A stretch of DNA of 64,000 nt from Acidobacteriota bacterium (GTDB lineage: Bacteria; Acidobacteriota; Blastocatellia; Pyrinomonadales; Pyrinomonadaceae), in assembly GCA_019639235.1 (NCBI GenBank), contig JAHBSG010000003.1, forward strand, positions 2,446 through 66,445, in the 5' to 3' direction. This document shows positions 1 to 10,347 of the stretch, piece after piece (position 1 is the first letter of the stretch; the number at the start of each line of letters is the position of its first letter). Under the pieces are notes generated by a model. That model searched no databases. It saw only the letters and a list, made by a program, of their open reading frames with translations, and was not told where the DNA came from. Both the position numbers and the translations under genes were made by a program.

Positions 1-1
1 T

Positions 2-304
2 GGCGAGGCCGAAGCCGCGGCTGTCAGCTACTACGTTCTTGATGAGAACAAGCACCTCACCGACGAGCAGCGTGCGAAGCTCAAAAAGGTGGCCGAGCAG
101 GGCGACGTTCCGACCCATATCATCGCCATCCGCAAGAGCCTAAGCGGCCCGGAACGCGATAAGCTCAAGGCCGCATTGCTCGCGATGAACGAAGGTGCCA
201 ACACCGAGCTTCGCGACAACCTCTTCACGTCAAAGCTGGTCGAGGCCGAGCAGGAAGCTCACCTCAAGCCGCTCCGCGAGGCCCTGGCAGTTCTTCCAAA
301 ATAG
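2..304 (+). CDS. ABC transporter substrate-binding protein, phosphonate/phosphite type, C-terminal fragment (5' end off-window)
   Basis: Frame is open from the window edge to TAG at 302-304. It abuts PhnC/PhnE-like genes. The fragment itself has no diagnostic motif. Confidence 0.5.
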   Translation, partial: GEAEAAAVSYYVLDENKHLTDEQRAKLKKVAEQGDVPTHIIAIRKSLSGPERDKLKAALLAMNEGANTELRDNLFTSKLVEAEQEAHLKPLREALAVLPK

Positions 305-1003
305 ATGGCGGAAACCGCTCCGAATGAAAGCCTAACGGCCGTCCGGGTAGAGGGCTTGTCCCTTGACCGCGACGGCCGAAGGCTATTTTCCGATATGTCC
401 TGGACGCTTGCGGCGGGCGAATTTCTTGCCGTTACCGGGCCTTCGGGCGTCGGTAAATCGAGCCTCGTTTCCGCCCTTGCCGGCATGCTCGAACCGAAAG
501 CAGGAAATATCGAGCGACCCGCCGCCGTTAGTTCCGCAGGCATTGTGTTCCAAGACCTTCGGCTCACGAAAGAGCTGAGCGTTTTGACCAACGTGCTTTG
601 CGGAAAGCTCGGGCAGTTCCCGTGGTGGCGAACTCTTTTCGGCTTCCCGGACGAGGCAAAGCAGGCGGCGTTTCAAAAACTTGAGGAGCTTGAGATCGGC
701 CATCTATGCCACAAACCCGTCCGCAACATCTCCGGCGGCGAGCAGCAGCGGACGGCGATCGCCCGCGTACTCTTTCAGGAGCCGGCCGTGATATTTGCCG
801 ACGAGCCGACCTCGAACCTCGACCTCGCACTCTCCGAACGCGTGATGGCGATGCTCCGCCGCGAGTGCAAGACCGGCGGCCGCTCCGCCATCTGCATTTT
901 GCACGACACGGAGTTCGTCGGCCGCTATGCCGACCTCGAGCTTCGGCTCGGTCGCGATCTTCCGAATGGCTGGGAATTGAGGAGGGTCGCGGACACGGAA
1001 TGA
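305..1003 (+). CDS. phnC: Phosphonate-type ABC transporter ATP-binding protein
   Basis: Walker A 'GPSGVGKSS', ABC signature 'ISGGEQQRTAIARVL', Walker B 'IFADEPTSNLD'. The PhnC-like 'GKLGQFPWWRTLFG' segment is present. Start follows the upstream stop directly. Confidence 0.85.
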   Translation: MAETAPNESLTAVRVEGLSLDRDGRRLFSDMSWTLAAGEFLAVTGPSGVGKSSLVSALAGMLEPKAGNIERPAAVSSAGIVFQDLRLTKELSVLTNVLCGKLGQFPWWRTLFGFPDEAKQAAFQKLEELEIGHLCHKPVRNISGGEQQRTAIARVLFQEPAVIFADEPTSNLDLALSERVMAMLRRECKTGGRSAICILHDTEFVGRYADLELRLGRDLPNGWELRRVADTE

Positions 1004-1803
1004 CCGGCGCACCTCCAAAACTTTCGTGGCGTGAACGCTTTACGGCGTTTCGGGCGACGCTGCTGCTCTTTGCCGTTGCTGTCATCATCTCGCTGCCGGC
1101 ACTCCGCGGTTCGGGCCGCGACCTTGGCTATCTTGAGAACCTTCGCCGCTTTGCTTCGCAGTTCTTTCCGCCCGATCTGTCGGTAACGCCGCAGGTCCTC
1201 TCCGCCCTCGGCGAGACCATTCAGATCGCCGTGATGGCGACCGTTATCGCTGTTCTTATTGCACTGCCGCTTGCCGCCGCAGGCTCGCAGACAGTAGCCC
1301 CAAAGTGGCTCAATATCGGCACACGAATGGTGCTCAATGTTATCCGCACGCTTCCTTCGCTCATCTGGGCACTCGTCGCGGTCGCGGTGGTCGGGCCGAA
1401 CCCGCTTGCCGGCGTCATCGGCTTGACGTTCTATAGCATCGGATATCTCGGTAAGTTCTTTAGCGACGCTTTCGAGTCGGTCGATACCTCGGTCAGCAAC
1501 GGGCTCCGGTCGCTCGGGGCTGATCCGGTTCAAGCGTTCCAGTACGGAATGCTCCCGCAGCTCAAGCCGCTCGTGATGAGCCACGCCCTCTGGATGCTCG
1601 AATACAACATCCGCTCGGCCGCCATCATCGGCTACGTCGGTGCGGGTGGCATCGGGCTCTTGCTGCATACCTATCAGGAATTTGGGCAGTGGGACCGCTT
1701 CGCGACCGTTCTGCTTTTCATCCTGATACTCGTCACAACGCTCGACTTTTTCGGCGAGTGGCTCCGCGGAAAGATCGTCCGAACTGACCAAAAGATCACC
1801 TGA
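1000..1803 (+). CDS. phnE: Phosphonate-type ABC transporter permease
   Basis: ATG at 1000 overlaps the phnC stop (ATGA). Multi-TM protein with the binding-protein-dependent permease loop 'SLGADPVQAFQYGMLPQ'. The longer ORF from 706 overlaps phnC and was trimmed. Confidence 0.8.
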   Translation: MTGAPPKLSWRERFTAFRATLLLFAVAVIISLPALRGSGRDLGYLENLRRFASQFFPPDLSVTPQVLSALGETIQIAVMATVIAVLIALPLAAAGSQTVAPKWLNIGTRMVLNVIRTLPSLIWALVAVAVVGPNPLAGVIGLTFYSIGYLGKFFSDAFESVDTSVSNGLRSLGADPVQAFQYGMLPQLKPLVMSHALWMLEYNIRSAAIIGYVGAGGIGLLLHTYQEFGQWDRFATVLLFILILVTTLDFFGEWLRGKIVRTDQKIT

Positions 1804-1896
1804 AACAACTGACCGCTGATTCCCATTTCACCGCATTTTCGCGTCTATATTGTAGGGAGTGGAATTTTGAACGCCGTTGCTCCAATATAGCGTTCT

Positions 1897-3195
1897 ATGC
1901 AGCCGTTGACGTACGGACAACTTATCCGCGGTAATCGTGATTTTCGCAACCTGCTGGCCGGGCAGTTCGTCTCCGAACTCGGCAGCTGGTTCAATTTTAT
2001 CGCGGTGCTCGGTCTTGTTCGTGTGATGTCTGATGCTTCGCCAATAGCGGCAGGCATCATCTTCGTTTGCCGGCTTGCTCCCCTTGCACTTCTTGCCCCG
2101 ATCGCCGGCGGCCTCGCTGATCGCTTCTCGCGGCGGCAGATAATGCTCTGGACCGACCTCGCCCGGGCGGCGGTCGCATTGCTTCCACTGCTCGTCGTTA
2201 GCCGCGACGACCTCTGGATCGCCTACATCGCAACCGTTCTGCTCTCGGCATTCAGCAGTTTCTTTGACGGAGCAAAGAATGCCGCGACCCCGAATCTGAC
2301 CGGCAAGGACGGCCTGCTCGCCGGCATGGCATTGATGTTCTCGACCCGCTTTTTGCTGATGGCGGTCGGCTCGGCACTCGGCGGATGGGCGGCGGCGGTC
2401 TTTGGCTACGAGATCTCGTTCATCATTAACGCCATCTCATTTCTCGTCTCGGCATATACCGTCTGGCTGATCCCTGAAGATGCCGTCCGCGAGGCCGCGA
2501 CCGCCGAACGCAAGCCTGAGACGACCTTCATCGGCGAGATCCGCGAAGGTTTGGTCTATACGGTAAAGAACCACTTCGCGTTGACCATACTTTTGCTCAA
2601 CGTCATCTGGGCGACCGGCGGCGGAGCGATCAACATCGTCTTTGAACGGATGGGCGGAGTTTACTTCGCCGAAAAGGACGCGTGGAATCCGGATATGGCA
2701 GTCGGCCTGCTCTGGACGGCAGCCGGGCTCGGGCTCTTTCTTGGGATGATGCTCGCTCACCGTGCAAGCATTTACTTCGACCGCAAGGGCACGAACCGGC
2801 AGTTCATCGGCTGGGCATTGATCGTCCACGGCGTGCTGTTCGCCGTCGGCGGGCTGATGCCGGCCTTCTGGCTGCTGCTCTTCTTTACATTCATTTCGCG
2901 GGCGATAATCGGCGTCGAATATGCCGTGCAGGAGACGATGTTCCAGCGGAGCCTGCCGGACTACATCCGCGGCCGCATCTCAACGCTCGACCGAGGTGCG
3001 GAGCTTACGATGTACGGCCTGACGACCTATCTTGCGAGCCTCGCCGTTTATGCCATTTCGCCGCAGACTCTGACGGTCATTTCCGGCTTGCTTGCCGGCT
3101 CGGCCGGCGTCGTCTGGTTCCTCAGGACCCGCCCGAGCTCCGGCGGCCCCGAGGTCGAAATGCTCACCGCTTCCGCCCCGCCAGTCAGGCCCTAA
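1897..3195 (+). CDS. MFS transporter
   Basis: 432 aa with about 12 hydrophobic segments. MFS loop motif 'GGLADRFSRRQIM' lies between TM2 and TM3. Confidence 0.8.
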   Translation: MQPLTYGQLIRGNRDFRNLLAGQFVSELGSWFNFIAVLGLVRVMSDASPIAAGIIFVCRLAPLALLAPIAGGLADRFSRRQIMLWTDLARAAVALLPLLVVSRDDLWIAYIATVLLSAFSSFFDGAKNAATPNLTGKDGLLAGMALMFSTRFLLMAVGSALGGWAAAVFGYEISFIINAISFLVSAYTVWLIPEDAVREAATAERKPETTFIGEIREGLVYTVKNHFALTILLLNVIWATGGGAINIVFERMGGVYFAEKDAWNPDMAVGLLWTAAGLGLFLGMMLAHRASIYFDRKGTNRQFIGWALIVHGVLFAVGGLMPAFWLLLFFTFISRAIIGVEYAVQETMFQRSLPDYIRGRISTLDRGAELTMYGLTTYLASLAVYAISPQTLTVISGLLAGSAGVVWFLRTRPSSGGPEVEMLTASAPPVRP

Positions 3196-3251
3196 GCCGA
3201 CACACAAAGTCGGCTTGCCTGTTTCGTCCCTGAAGTATAGATTGTCGTCTT

Positions 3252-4421
3252 GTGCTCGAACGGATCAGGACAATTAACGGTTGGATAGGTATCGCAATTT
3301 CGGTCATGTCCGTCGCGGCGTTCACTCTTATCCTTCTCCCGTTTCGCCCCAGCCTTAATTCGACCGAGGTCGCGCTGGGACTGCTTTTGGTCGTCCTTGC
3401 GGCTTCCACCTTTTTCGGCAGCCGGGCGGGCCTTGCGGCATCTGTTTTTTGCATCCTGAGCTTCAACTTCTTTTTCCTTCCGCCGTACTACACCTTTAAC
3501 ATCGCCGGTACAGAGAACTGGGTGGCTTTCGGGGCGTTTTTGATCACCGCGTTGGTCTCGGGCCAACTCTCGGGCTACGCCCTTCGCCAGGCACACGAAT
3601 CTGAGCAGCGGCGGCTTGAGATCGAACGCCTGTACAAGGAACTTTCCGAGGCCTTCGAGCAAGCCAGCGAGGCGGAAGCCCTCCGCCGCAGCGAAAAGCT
3701 GAAGTCCTCACTGCTCGACGCCGTCACGCACGACCTCAGAACACCGCTCACCTCCATCAAAGCCGCCGTTACGACACTGCTTGATGACCCCGATGACCGG
3801 GAGATGAAGGAGGAAGACAGGGCTGAACTACTTGAGATCGTTAACGAAGAGACGGACCGCCTGAACGACTTCATCGAAAAGATCGTCGGCATCGCCCGGC
3901 TCGAGGCCGGTGAGGCTGTTCGCCCGGAGAAGCCGGGATCGGTCGACGAGATAATCCGTAATGCCGTTGACCGGGCCTCCCGTTTGCTTGGGCAAAGGAG
4001 GGTCGAAGTCGTGATCCCGGCAGACCTCCCGCCGGTCGCGGTAAACTCGATCCCGGTTTCCGAGGCCGTGTTTACCGTCATCGATAATGCTGCGAAATTC
4101 TCCGGCCCGTCGGCCCTTATCCGCATTACGGCAGCAAGGACCGGCGATGATGTAACGATCGATGTCGAAGATCAGGGCCAAGGCTTACCGGCTGAACTAG
4201 GCGATCGCATCTTTGAGAAGTTCGTCCGAGCGGGATCGGGTGCAGACGGACGCGGATCGGGGCTCGGGCTCGGGCTTGCGTTTGCGCGTGGAATTCTTGA
4301 AGCTCAGCACGGCAGTATTCGGATCGGCGTTCCGCGGGAAGGCTTCACGACACGTTTCATTATTACCATCCCGGCCGCTCCGCAAATCGCTGACACGGCG
4401 TCGAATCCGGAGAATTTATGA
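3252..4421 (+). CDS. Sensor histidine kinase, KdpD C-terminal type (DUF4118 membrane domain + HisKA + HATPase)
   Basis: Membrane region carries 'FNFFFLPPYYTF' (DUF4118-like). H-box 'VTHDLRTPLTSIKAA'; G-boxes 'DQGQGLP' and 'GSGLGLGLA'. GTG start. Confidence 0.8.
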   Translation: MLERIRTINGWIGIAISVMSVAAFTLILLPFRPSLNSTEVALGLLLVVLAASTFFGSRAGLAASVFCILSFNFFFLPPYYTFNIAGTENWVAFGAFLITALVSGQLSGYALRQAHESEQRRLEIERLYKELSEAFEQASEAEALRRSEKLKSSLLDAVTHDLRTPLTSIKAAVTTLLDDPDDREMKEEDRAELLEIVNEETDRLNDFIEKIVGIARLEAGEAVRPEKPGSVDEIIRNAVDRASRLLGQRRVEVVIPADLPPVAVNSIPVSEAVFTVIDNAAKFSGPSALIRITAARTGDDVTIDVEDQGQGLPAELGDRIFEKFVRAGSGADGRGSGLGLGLAFARGILEAQHGSIRIGVPREGFTTRFIITIPAAPQIADTASNPENL

Positions 4422-5104
4422 ACGAGAAGCGTGTGTTGGTCATCGACGATGAGTATCAGATCGTGCGTGTCTTAAAGCGCAGCCTTGACGCTCATCGCTA
4501 CAGCGTTCGAACCGCATCGGACGGCGAAGCAGGTATCGAACTCTTCCGCGACTTCAAACCCGACCTCGTGATAACGGATCTCTCGATGCCCGGAATGGAC
4601 GGGATCGAGGTGTGCCGGGCTATTCGCCGGGAATCCGAAATTCCGATCATCGTCCTTTCCGTCAAGGGCGAAGAGAGAACGAAAGTGGAAGCTCTCGATG
4701 CCGGTGCAGATGATTACATTACGAAGCCGTTCGGAATGAACGAACTTCTTGCTCGGGTCAGGGCCGCTCTTCGGCGACAGCCGTCAAATGATGAAGACCC
4801 GGTGATTGAAGCCGGCGATTTCGTTTTGAACCTCGGCGAACATCAGATCTCGTTTCGCGGCGAAGAATTGCACCTCACGCCGAAGGAATTCGAACTCCTT
4901 GCATTCATGATCCAGAACAACGGCCGCGTACTCACCCATCGGGTCCTGCTCGGAAAGGTCTGGGGCGGAAACTATACCGAGCAGACCGAGTATCTCCGCG
5001 TATTCATAGGCAACATCCGAAAAAAGATCGAGCCCGATCCCACAGATCCCCGATACATTCTCACCGAACCCTGGGTCGGCTACCGGTTCATTCCCAAAGG
5101 CTGA
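4418..5104 (+). CDS. OmpR/KdpE-family response regulator
   Basis: Receiver 'VLVIDDE...DLVITDLSMPGMDG...KPF'. Winged-helix C-terminus 'YLRVFIGNIRKKIEPDP...WVGYRF'. ATGA overlap with the kinase gene. Confidence 0.9.
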   Translation: MNEKRVLVIDDEYQIVRVLKRSLDAHRYSVRTASDGEAGIELFRDFKPDLVITDLSMPGMDGIEVCRAIRRESEIPIIVLSVKGEERTKVEALDAGADDYITKPFGMNELLARVRAALRRQPSNDEDPVIEAGDFVLNLGEHQISFRGEELHLTPKEFELLAFMIQNNGRVLTHRVLLGKVWGGNYTEQTEYLRVFIGNIRKKIEPDPTDPRYILTEPWVGYRFIPKG

Positions 5105-5175
5105 CCTTTACGAAAGTTTTATTTAATTTTTAGCTTCGTCTTATTCCGTTCAATTTAGGCTTTGAATAGCGGTCA

Positions 5176-5481
5176 ATGATCGCGTCAAGGCCAATGGACA
5201 CCAAAAAGCAGAAACTAATCTCCGCCCACGCCCATGAGCATGATCGCTCAGCTAAGTGGAAGCTCTCGCGTTGGCGTAAAGTTGCTCACGCCGCATTCAC
5301 TCTTAGCCTCGCCCTTTTCTTGGCCGGAACGGCGATATCGGTTCTTACAGCCGCTTCCGTCCTTGAAGGCGGTGTCGCCGAGGCAAGTTTGACGGTCAGT
5401 TTCCTTCTTCTATCGCTCGCATGCTCCTTCATCGGAGCACATGCGCTCGACCGCATCGACGAGATCCTGCGGAAACTCTAG
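5176..5481 (+). CDS. Small hypothetical membrane protein (2 predicted TM)
   Basis: Only the ORF and two hydrophobic stretches; no recognisable family. Confidence 0.35.
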   Translation: MIASRPMDTKKQKLISAHAHEHDRSAKWKLSRWRKVAHAAFTLSLALFLAGTAISVLTAASVLEGGVAEASLTVSFLLLSLACSFIGAHALDRIDEILRKL

Positions 5482-5548
5482 ATCCGTCCCTTTATGAAAT
5501 CTTTACGCTTCACGAGCGACACTGTTAATTGATGAACAAGAACATCTT

Positions 5549-7486
5549 ATGAGCTCAAACAATCTCACGCCGGACATCCATACCACCGTTAGCGATATCA
5601 GGATCGAGCGCGAGCCCCCGAAAGGCCGCTATCTTGCCCTTCTTTCTCTCGCGGCTCTCGGTGTTGTTTACGGCGATATCGGCACATCGCCGCTTTACGC
5701 AATACGGGAATGTTTTCACGGGCCGCACGCCGTCGCTTTAACGCGCGACAATGTTCTTGGCGTACTGTCACTGATCTTCTGGTCGCTGGTCATCGTCATT
5801 TGCATCAAGTATCTTGCGTTCGTCCTAAGAGCTGATAACCGCGGCGAAGGCGGCATTCTTTCGCTTTCTGCACTTGCGACTCCGATCTCGCCCTCCGGCA
5901 GGACCGAACGCTGGGGACTTCTCGCACTCGGCGTCTTCGGGGCCGCTCTGCTTTATGGGGATGGCGTGCTGACACCCGCGATCTCTATCCTTGGTGCCAT
6001 GGAGGGCTTGACCGTTGCGACACCGACCCTAACTCCTTTCGTCGTCCCGGTTACGATCGCCATCATCGTTGGCCTTTTTCTTATTCAGCATCGCGGAACC
6101 ACCGGCGTCGGGCGCATCTTCGGCCCGATGACGCTATTGTGGTTTCTGGTTCTCGGCACGCTAGGCATCGCCCAGATAGTTCAGGCACCCGAGGTGCTCG
6201 CTGCTGTCAATCCCGCCCATGCCGCCGGCTTTTTCGCCCGCGACGGCCTCCACGGGTTCGTCATTCTCGGTTCTGTGTTTCTGGTCGTCACCGGCGGCGA
6301 GGCTCTTTACGCGGACATGGGCCACTTCGGAACGCGGCCGATCCGGCTGGCCTGGTTTACCGTGGCACTTCCGGGGCTCTTGCTTAACTACTTTGGCCAG
6401 GGTGCATTGCTGCTTGAAGACCCGACCGCTGCCGTAAATCCCTTTTATCGGCTTGCTCCTGAATGGGCGCTCTACCCGATGATCTTTCTCGCGACCTGCG
6501 CCGCGATCATCGCCTCGCAGGCGATCATCTCCGGTGCTTTCTCGCTGACGATGCAAGCGGTCCAACTCGGCCTGCTGCCGCGTATGAATATCACGCACAC
6601 CTCAAGCCGTGAGATCGGCCAGATCTATCTTCCGGGCGTCAATTGGGCATTGATGATCGGCTGCATCGCAGTGGTGGCGACGTTCCAGACGTCGAGCAAC
6701 CTCGCCTCCGCTTATGGTATCGCGGTCACATCGACGATGGTCATCACGACCGTTTTGTTTTATTTCGTTGCCCGCCATCGCTGGAACTGGGGCAAGCTAC
6801 CCACGCTTGCGCTCTGCGGCGTATTTCTGTTTGTTGATCTCGCATTCTTCGGAGCCAATATTATCAAGGTTCTTGATGGCGGCTGGTTCCCGCTCGCTTT
6901 AGCTGCCGCGATCTATACTGTGATGCTGACTTGGAAGAAAGGCCGTCGCATACTTCTCAAGCGGATACAGGACGAAACTGAGGACCTTGAGGAGTTTCTT
7001 TACGGCATCGAACACCAAAACATCCAACGGGTTCCGGGTATCGCCGTCTTTATGAACGGCAACGCGACGCGGACCCCGGCGGCACTGATGCACAACCTTG
7101 AGCACAACAAGGTCCTGCATGAAAAGACCATCTTCGTTACGGTGAAGACGCTTCCGTTCCCGTACGTTGATTCGAGTGAACGTGCGGTCGTCGAGCCGCT
7201 CGGCAATGGTTTCACACGCGTCCGGCTTATGTACGGATATATGGAAGAGCCGAATGTGCCGCGTGAGCTTGCCGCCCGCCTCGAGCTCGGCCCCAAGTAT
7301 CCGATCGCGAACGCGACCTATTTCCTCGGCCGCGAGACGATAATCTCTTCGGAAAAACATTCCGGAATGACACGCTGGCGTGAACGGCTTTTCGCGTTCT
7401 TGTCACGTAACGCCCGGAGCGCGACCAGCTATTTCAAGATACCGCCCGGCCGTGTCGTCGAGCTTGGCGAGCAGGTCGAGATCTAG
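5549..7486 (+). CDS. kup: KUP/HAK/KT family potassium transporter
   Basis: N-terminal 'ALGVVYGDIGTSPLY', plus 'GGEALYADMGHFG' and 'NYFGQGA', all typical of Kup. 645 aa. Confidence 0.95.
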   Translation: MSSNNLTPDIHTTVSDIRIEREPPKGRYLALLSLAALGVVYGDIGTSPLYAIRECFHGPHAVALTRDNVLGVLSLIFWSLVIVICIKYLAFVLRADNRGEGGILSLSALATPISPSGRTERWGLLALGVFGAALLYGDGVLTPAISILGAMEGLTVATPTLTPFVVPVTIAIIVGLFLIQHRGTTGVGRIFGPMTLLWFLVLGTLGIAQIVQAPEVLAAVNPAHAAGFFARDGLHGFVILGSVFLVVTGGEALYADMGHFGTRPIRLAWFTVALPGLLLNYFGQGALLLEDPTAAVNPFYRLAPEWALYPMIFLATCAAIIASQAIISGAFSLTMQAVQLGLLPRMNITHTSSREIGQIYLPGVNWALMIGCIAVVATFQTSSNLASAYGIAVTSTMVITTVLFYFVARHRWNWGKLPTLALCGVFLFVDLAFFGANIIKVLDGGWFPLALAAAIYTVMLTWKKGRRILLKRIQDETEDLEEFLYGIEHQNIQRVPGIAVFMNGNATRTPAALMHNLEHNKVLHEKTIFVTVKTLPFPYVDSSERAVVEPLGNGFTRVRLMYGYMEEPNVPRELAARLELGPKYPIANATYFLGRETIISSEKHSGMTRWRERLFAFLSRNARSATSYFKIPPGRVVELGEQVEI

Positions 7487-8415
7487 GCCGTGATGATGAC
7501 GGCTTTGGTGCCGGTGAGTTCGGAGAAGTCTTTGGTGTAAACCGCTTCGACCTTTCGGATCGGGTTGAGCGTATCGACGAGGTCCTGAGCGGTGACAAAG
7601 CCCGTTTCGACATGGGCGATCGCCCATTTGCGGATGTGGCCGGCCGAGCCGAGAAAGCTCGACAGGAGCTGCAGATATTGCGACTTCGTCTCGACCGGCA
7701 TACCAAGCGAGCCCGACCGCATCGCATCGATCTCCGGCCAGAAATCATTGCCCTCGCGGAGCCATTCCTCTTTCCACATCAGGTCGTCCGTGTAGCCGGT
7801 CCGGGTGCCGGTTCGGGCGGGGGGCAGGCGGAGAAAGAGCAGGTCCGTCCGCGTCTCGGCGATGAACTCCTTAACGCGCTGGTTCTGGCATGTGTTGGTC
7901 TGGCCGTTATTTACCGGCGACGGAAGCGAGTTCCAGAAGCGGCGGAATGCGTTCGAAAGCGGTTGACGTAGTTCGCCGTTGTCGTCGTTGAACGAACGTG
8001 CGTAGTCGCCGACCGCCATCACCAGGCTCGACGCGATCGCGAAAGAAAAGGGCGATTCGAGCCGGTCGATGTTCCGCCGTGCATTATCGAACCACCACGA
8101 ATCCGTCTCGCTGAACCAGGTCCGAAGTGCCGGATTCCTGAGCCGGTGGCCGGGAATGTAGATGTCCTCGAGCACCGTGTTCAGGTCGTCGTCCGTGAGC
8201 CGTTCATTGTTGTTCTGTATGGCTGCGACCGATCGCGTCCAGGCTGAACGGAGCACGTCGTTCGTCGCAACGCGGGCACCGTGCCGCTTAAGGTAAGTGC
8301 CGAGCAGCGGATCGGACGAAAAAGGCATCGCCACCGAGCCGAATTTCAGCCGACGAAGGACGTTAAGGTCAAAGCCGAGCCAGCCCGCCGGAAGTGTTTT
8401 TGTGTGGAGCATCAT
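7483..8415 (-). CDS. Hypothetical protein with degenerate D12-class (Dam-like) methyltransferase layout
   Basis: 310 aa ORF convergent with kup. 'MPFSSDP...VATNDV' occupies the position of 'EPFxGxG...xxDIN'. 'LLFLRLPPARTGTRTGY' occupies the position of 'vvYxDPPYxxxxxxxxY'. Function is uncertain. Confidence 0.45.
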   Translation of the reverse strand: MMLHTKTLPAGWLGFDLNVLRRLKFGSVAMPFSSDPLLGTYLKRHGARVATNDVLRSAWTRSVAAIQNNNERLTDDDLNTVLEDIYIPGHRLRNPALRTWFSETDSWWFDNARRNIDRLESPFSFAIASSLVMAVGDYARSFNDDNGELRQPLSNAFRRFWNSLPSPVNNGQTNTCQNQRVKEFIAETRTDLLFLRLPPARTGTRTGYTDDLMWKEEWLREGNDFWPEIDAMRSGSLGMPVETKSQYLQLLSSFLGSAGHIRKWAIAHVETGFVTAQDLVDTLNPIRKVEAVYTKDFSELTGTKAVIITA

Positions 8416-8475
8416 TGCACCTGTGAATTCACGCGAACGCCGAAAGCTAACTATATCAGCCGTCGGTCGAACCCG

Positions 8476-9417
8476 CTATTCGGACTCGAATCCGGAGAGC
8501 TTCAAAACCCACTCCGGCACCCGCGGCTCATCCTTGACCACGAACTCCCTGCCCCGCTCCAGAGCCCAACGGTGCAGCCACGAGATACCGGCCGGCCCTG
8601 TGTAAGTATCCGGAAGCCTGTACGCCTCGTCCCTCAGAGCTTCTTCAAGCGTGACAAAGCGGTAACCGCGCTTCTTCATCATTCGAGCAAGGTCGTCGAA
8701 GTAATCTGAATTGATGAAGTTCGCATGAAGTAGCATCGTCTGCGCCACCTCGCGGCCAAAGAGCTCTACCGACTGCCGCTCCCAATAATCGAGCTTTGCC
8801 TCCATGTATTTCACATAGGCATCGCCCGCCTCCCGCATCAGCTTATTATCGCCGCGGTCAAACGCGATGTCGTACGCCCGTGCGAAAATGTAGTCGCCGT
8901 TGTCGAACGTGACCGGGGCGATGGTGTAACCGCGGCCGCGAAGAAACGCGGCAAACTCGGCTTTGACTTCCATCGATCTGCCCGTCTGCAAATACGGGTG
9001 CCGAAAGTAACGGAGCTTCGCATTGTGTTTTGCTATGAGCCCGCGGGTTATCTCCTCGCCCTTGGTGACATCGTCCTTGTAGTCCACAAGCTCAATGCGG
9101 TTCAGGCTCCGGTGTGAATAGGTATGATTCCCAAGTTCGAGTCCGGCCTCGAGCCACATCTCGAGCAGTTCGATCTCTTCCTCGGCCGGCTTGCCGTCTT
9201 TGTAGAGCTTGTTCTCATTGACGAACCCGATCGCCGGGACCTTGGCCTTCGTGATGTGGCCGAGCAGTTTGCTCGTGATGCTTCGGCGGTTCTCAATGTC
9301 CTTGCGGGTGGAAACGACCGGCAGATCGTCGATAGTAACCGCTATACGTCGATCCGGCCGCTGGGCGAGCGAAGAAGCAGTAGCCGCCAGGAGAAAAAGA
9401 AGAGTGAAGAACTTCAT
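8476..9417 (-). CDS. Secreted polysaccharide deacetylase (NodB homology domain)
   Basis: Signal peptide '[19 protein letters not shown]'. 'VTIDDLP' and 'LGNHTYSH' match NodB motifs 1 and 2. Confidence 0.85.
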   Translation of the reverse strand: MKFFTLLFLLAATASSLAQRPDRRIAVTIDDLPVVSTRKDIENRRSITSKLLGHITKAKVPAIGFVNENKLYKDGKPAEEEIELLEMWLEAGLELGNHTYSHRSLNRIELVDYKDDVTKGEEITRGLIAKHNAKLRYFRHPYLQTGRSMEVKAEFAAFLRGRGYTIAPVTFDNGDYIFARAYDIAFDRGDNKLMREAGDAYVKYMEAKLDYWERQSVELFGREVAQTMLLHANFINSDYFDDLARMMKKRGYRFVTLEEALRDEAYRLPDTYTGPAGISWLHRWALERGREFVVKDEPRVPEWVLKLSGFESE

Positions 9418-9830
9418 TTCGCAAATACCTGCGAGAGGTCATTGAATCCCTTGAACTCAAGTGCGTTGCCGCTCGGGTCCATAAAGAACATCGTCGCCTG
9501 TTCGCCGACCTCGCCCTCAAATCGGATCTTCGGTTCGATTACGAATTCGATGCCTTTCGACCGCAGCCGTTCGGCGAGTTCGCGCCAGTCCGCCATCGGC
9601 AAAACTATCCCAAAATGCGGCACCGGGACGTGGTCCGCATCGACCTCGTTGCGGGCCCTGACACCGCCGCCCTCGGGTGCGAGGTGCGTCACGATCTGAT
9701 GGCCGTAAAGGTCAAAGTCTATCCACGTCTCCGAACTTCTGCCCTCGGGGCAGCCGAGAACACCGCCGTAAAACTCACGTGCGGCCGAAAGGTCATCGAC
9801 CGGAAATGCCAGATGAAAGATCGTTGCCAT
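9414..9830 (-). CDS. VOC (glyoxalase/dioxygenase) family protein
   Basis: Trimmed to '[26 protein letters not shown]...'. The first beta-alpha-beta-beta-beta module is typical of VOC proteins. The longer ORF would overlap the DinB gene. Confidence 0.75.
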   Translation of the reverse strand: MATIFHLAFPVDDLSAAREFYGGVLGCPEGRSSETWIDFDLYGHQIVTHLAPEGGGVRARNEVDADHVPVPHFGIVLPMADWRELAERLRSKGIEFVIEPKIRFEGEVGEQATMFFMDPSGNALEFKGFNDLSQVFAK

Positions 9831-9847
9831 ATATTTGTTTCCGCGCG

Positions 9848-10324
9848 TCAAACGCGTTTCGCCATCTGCCTGATCGCTCCGAAGTGGTAAGCCGAATGTG
9901 CGATGATCGCGATCGCTTCGCCGATCCGGTCCGGCTTCCAGTCCGTCACAGCGGCAAGCCGTTCGGTCGCCGACCTGTATGAACGCTCGACGCTCGAACG
10001 AAGCGCTGCCCACTCGTCCTCATTTACCGTCTCGATCAGCCAACTGTCCTCCCAATTGACCGGTGCCGTCCGTCCTTCGATGAATTCGAGCAACCGATCC
10101 ACGTAGAACTTGAGATGCTCGGTGTGTGCCGCAATGGTCGAACCCTCAAAGCGTTGCGATGCCTGTTCAGCACTAAGCTCACCAAGCGTAGAAAGAACAC
10201 CGATGCCGCGGTCAAGGTAAATGCTGCCCTCGCCGTCCGGCGAACCCTCAAAGGTCTCGCGGAGCACCAAAAGCACGTCGCGGACAAGATCCTCACCGCT
10301 GATATTGTATTTTGCCTCGTTCAT
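9848..10324 (-). CDS. DinB/YfiT-like four-helix-bundle protein
   Basis: 158 aa with His-containing helices ('[10 protein letters not shown]', '[14 protein letters not shown]') typical of the DinB superfamily. Confidence 0.65.
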   Translation of the reverse strand: MNEAKYNISGEDLVRDVLLVLRETFEGSPDGEGSIYLDRGIGVLSTLGELSAEQASQRFEGSTIAAHTEHLKFYVDRLLEFIEGRTAPVNWEDSWLIETVNEDEWAALRSSVERSYRSATERLAAVTDWKPDRIGEAIAIIAHSAYHFGAIRQMAKRV

Positions 10325-10347
10325 TTATACTTATTCCTTCAACCGCC

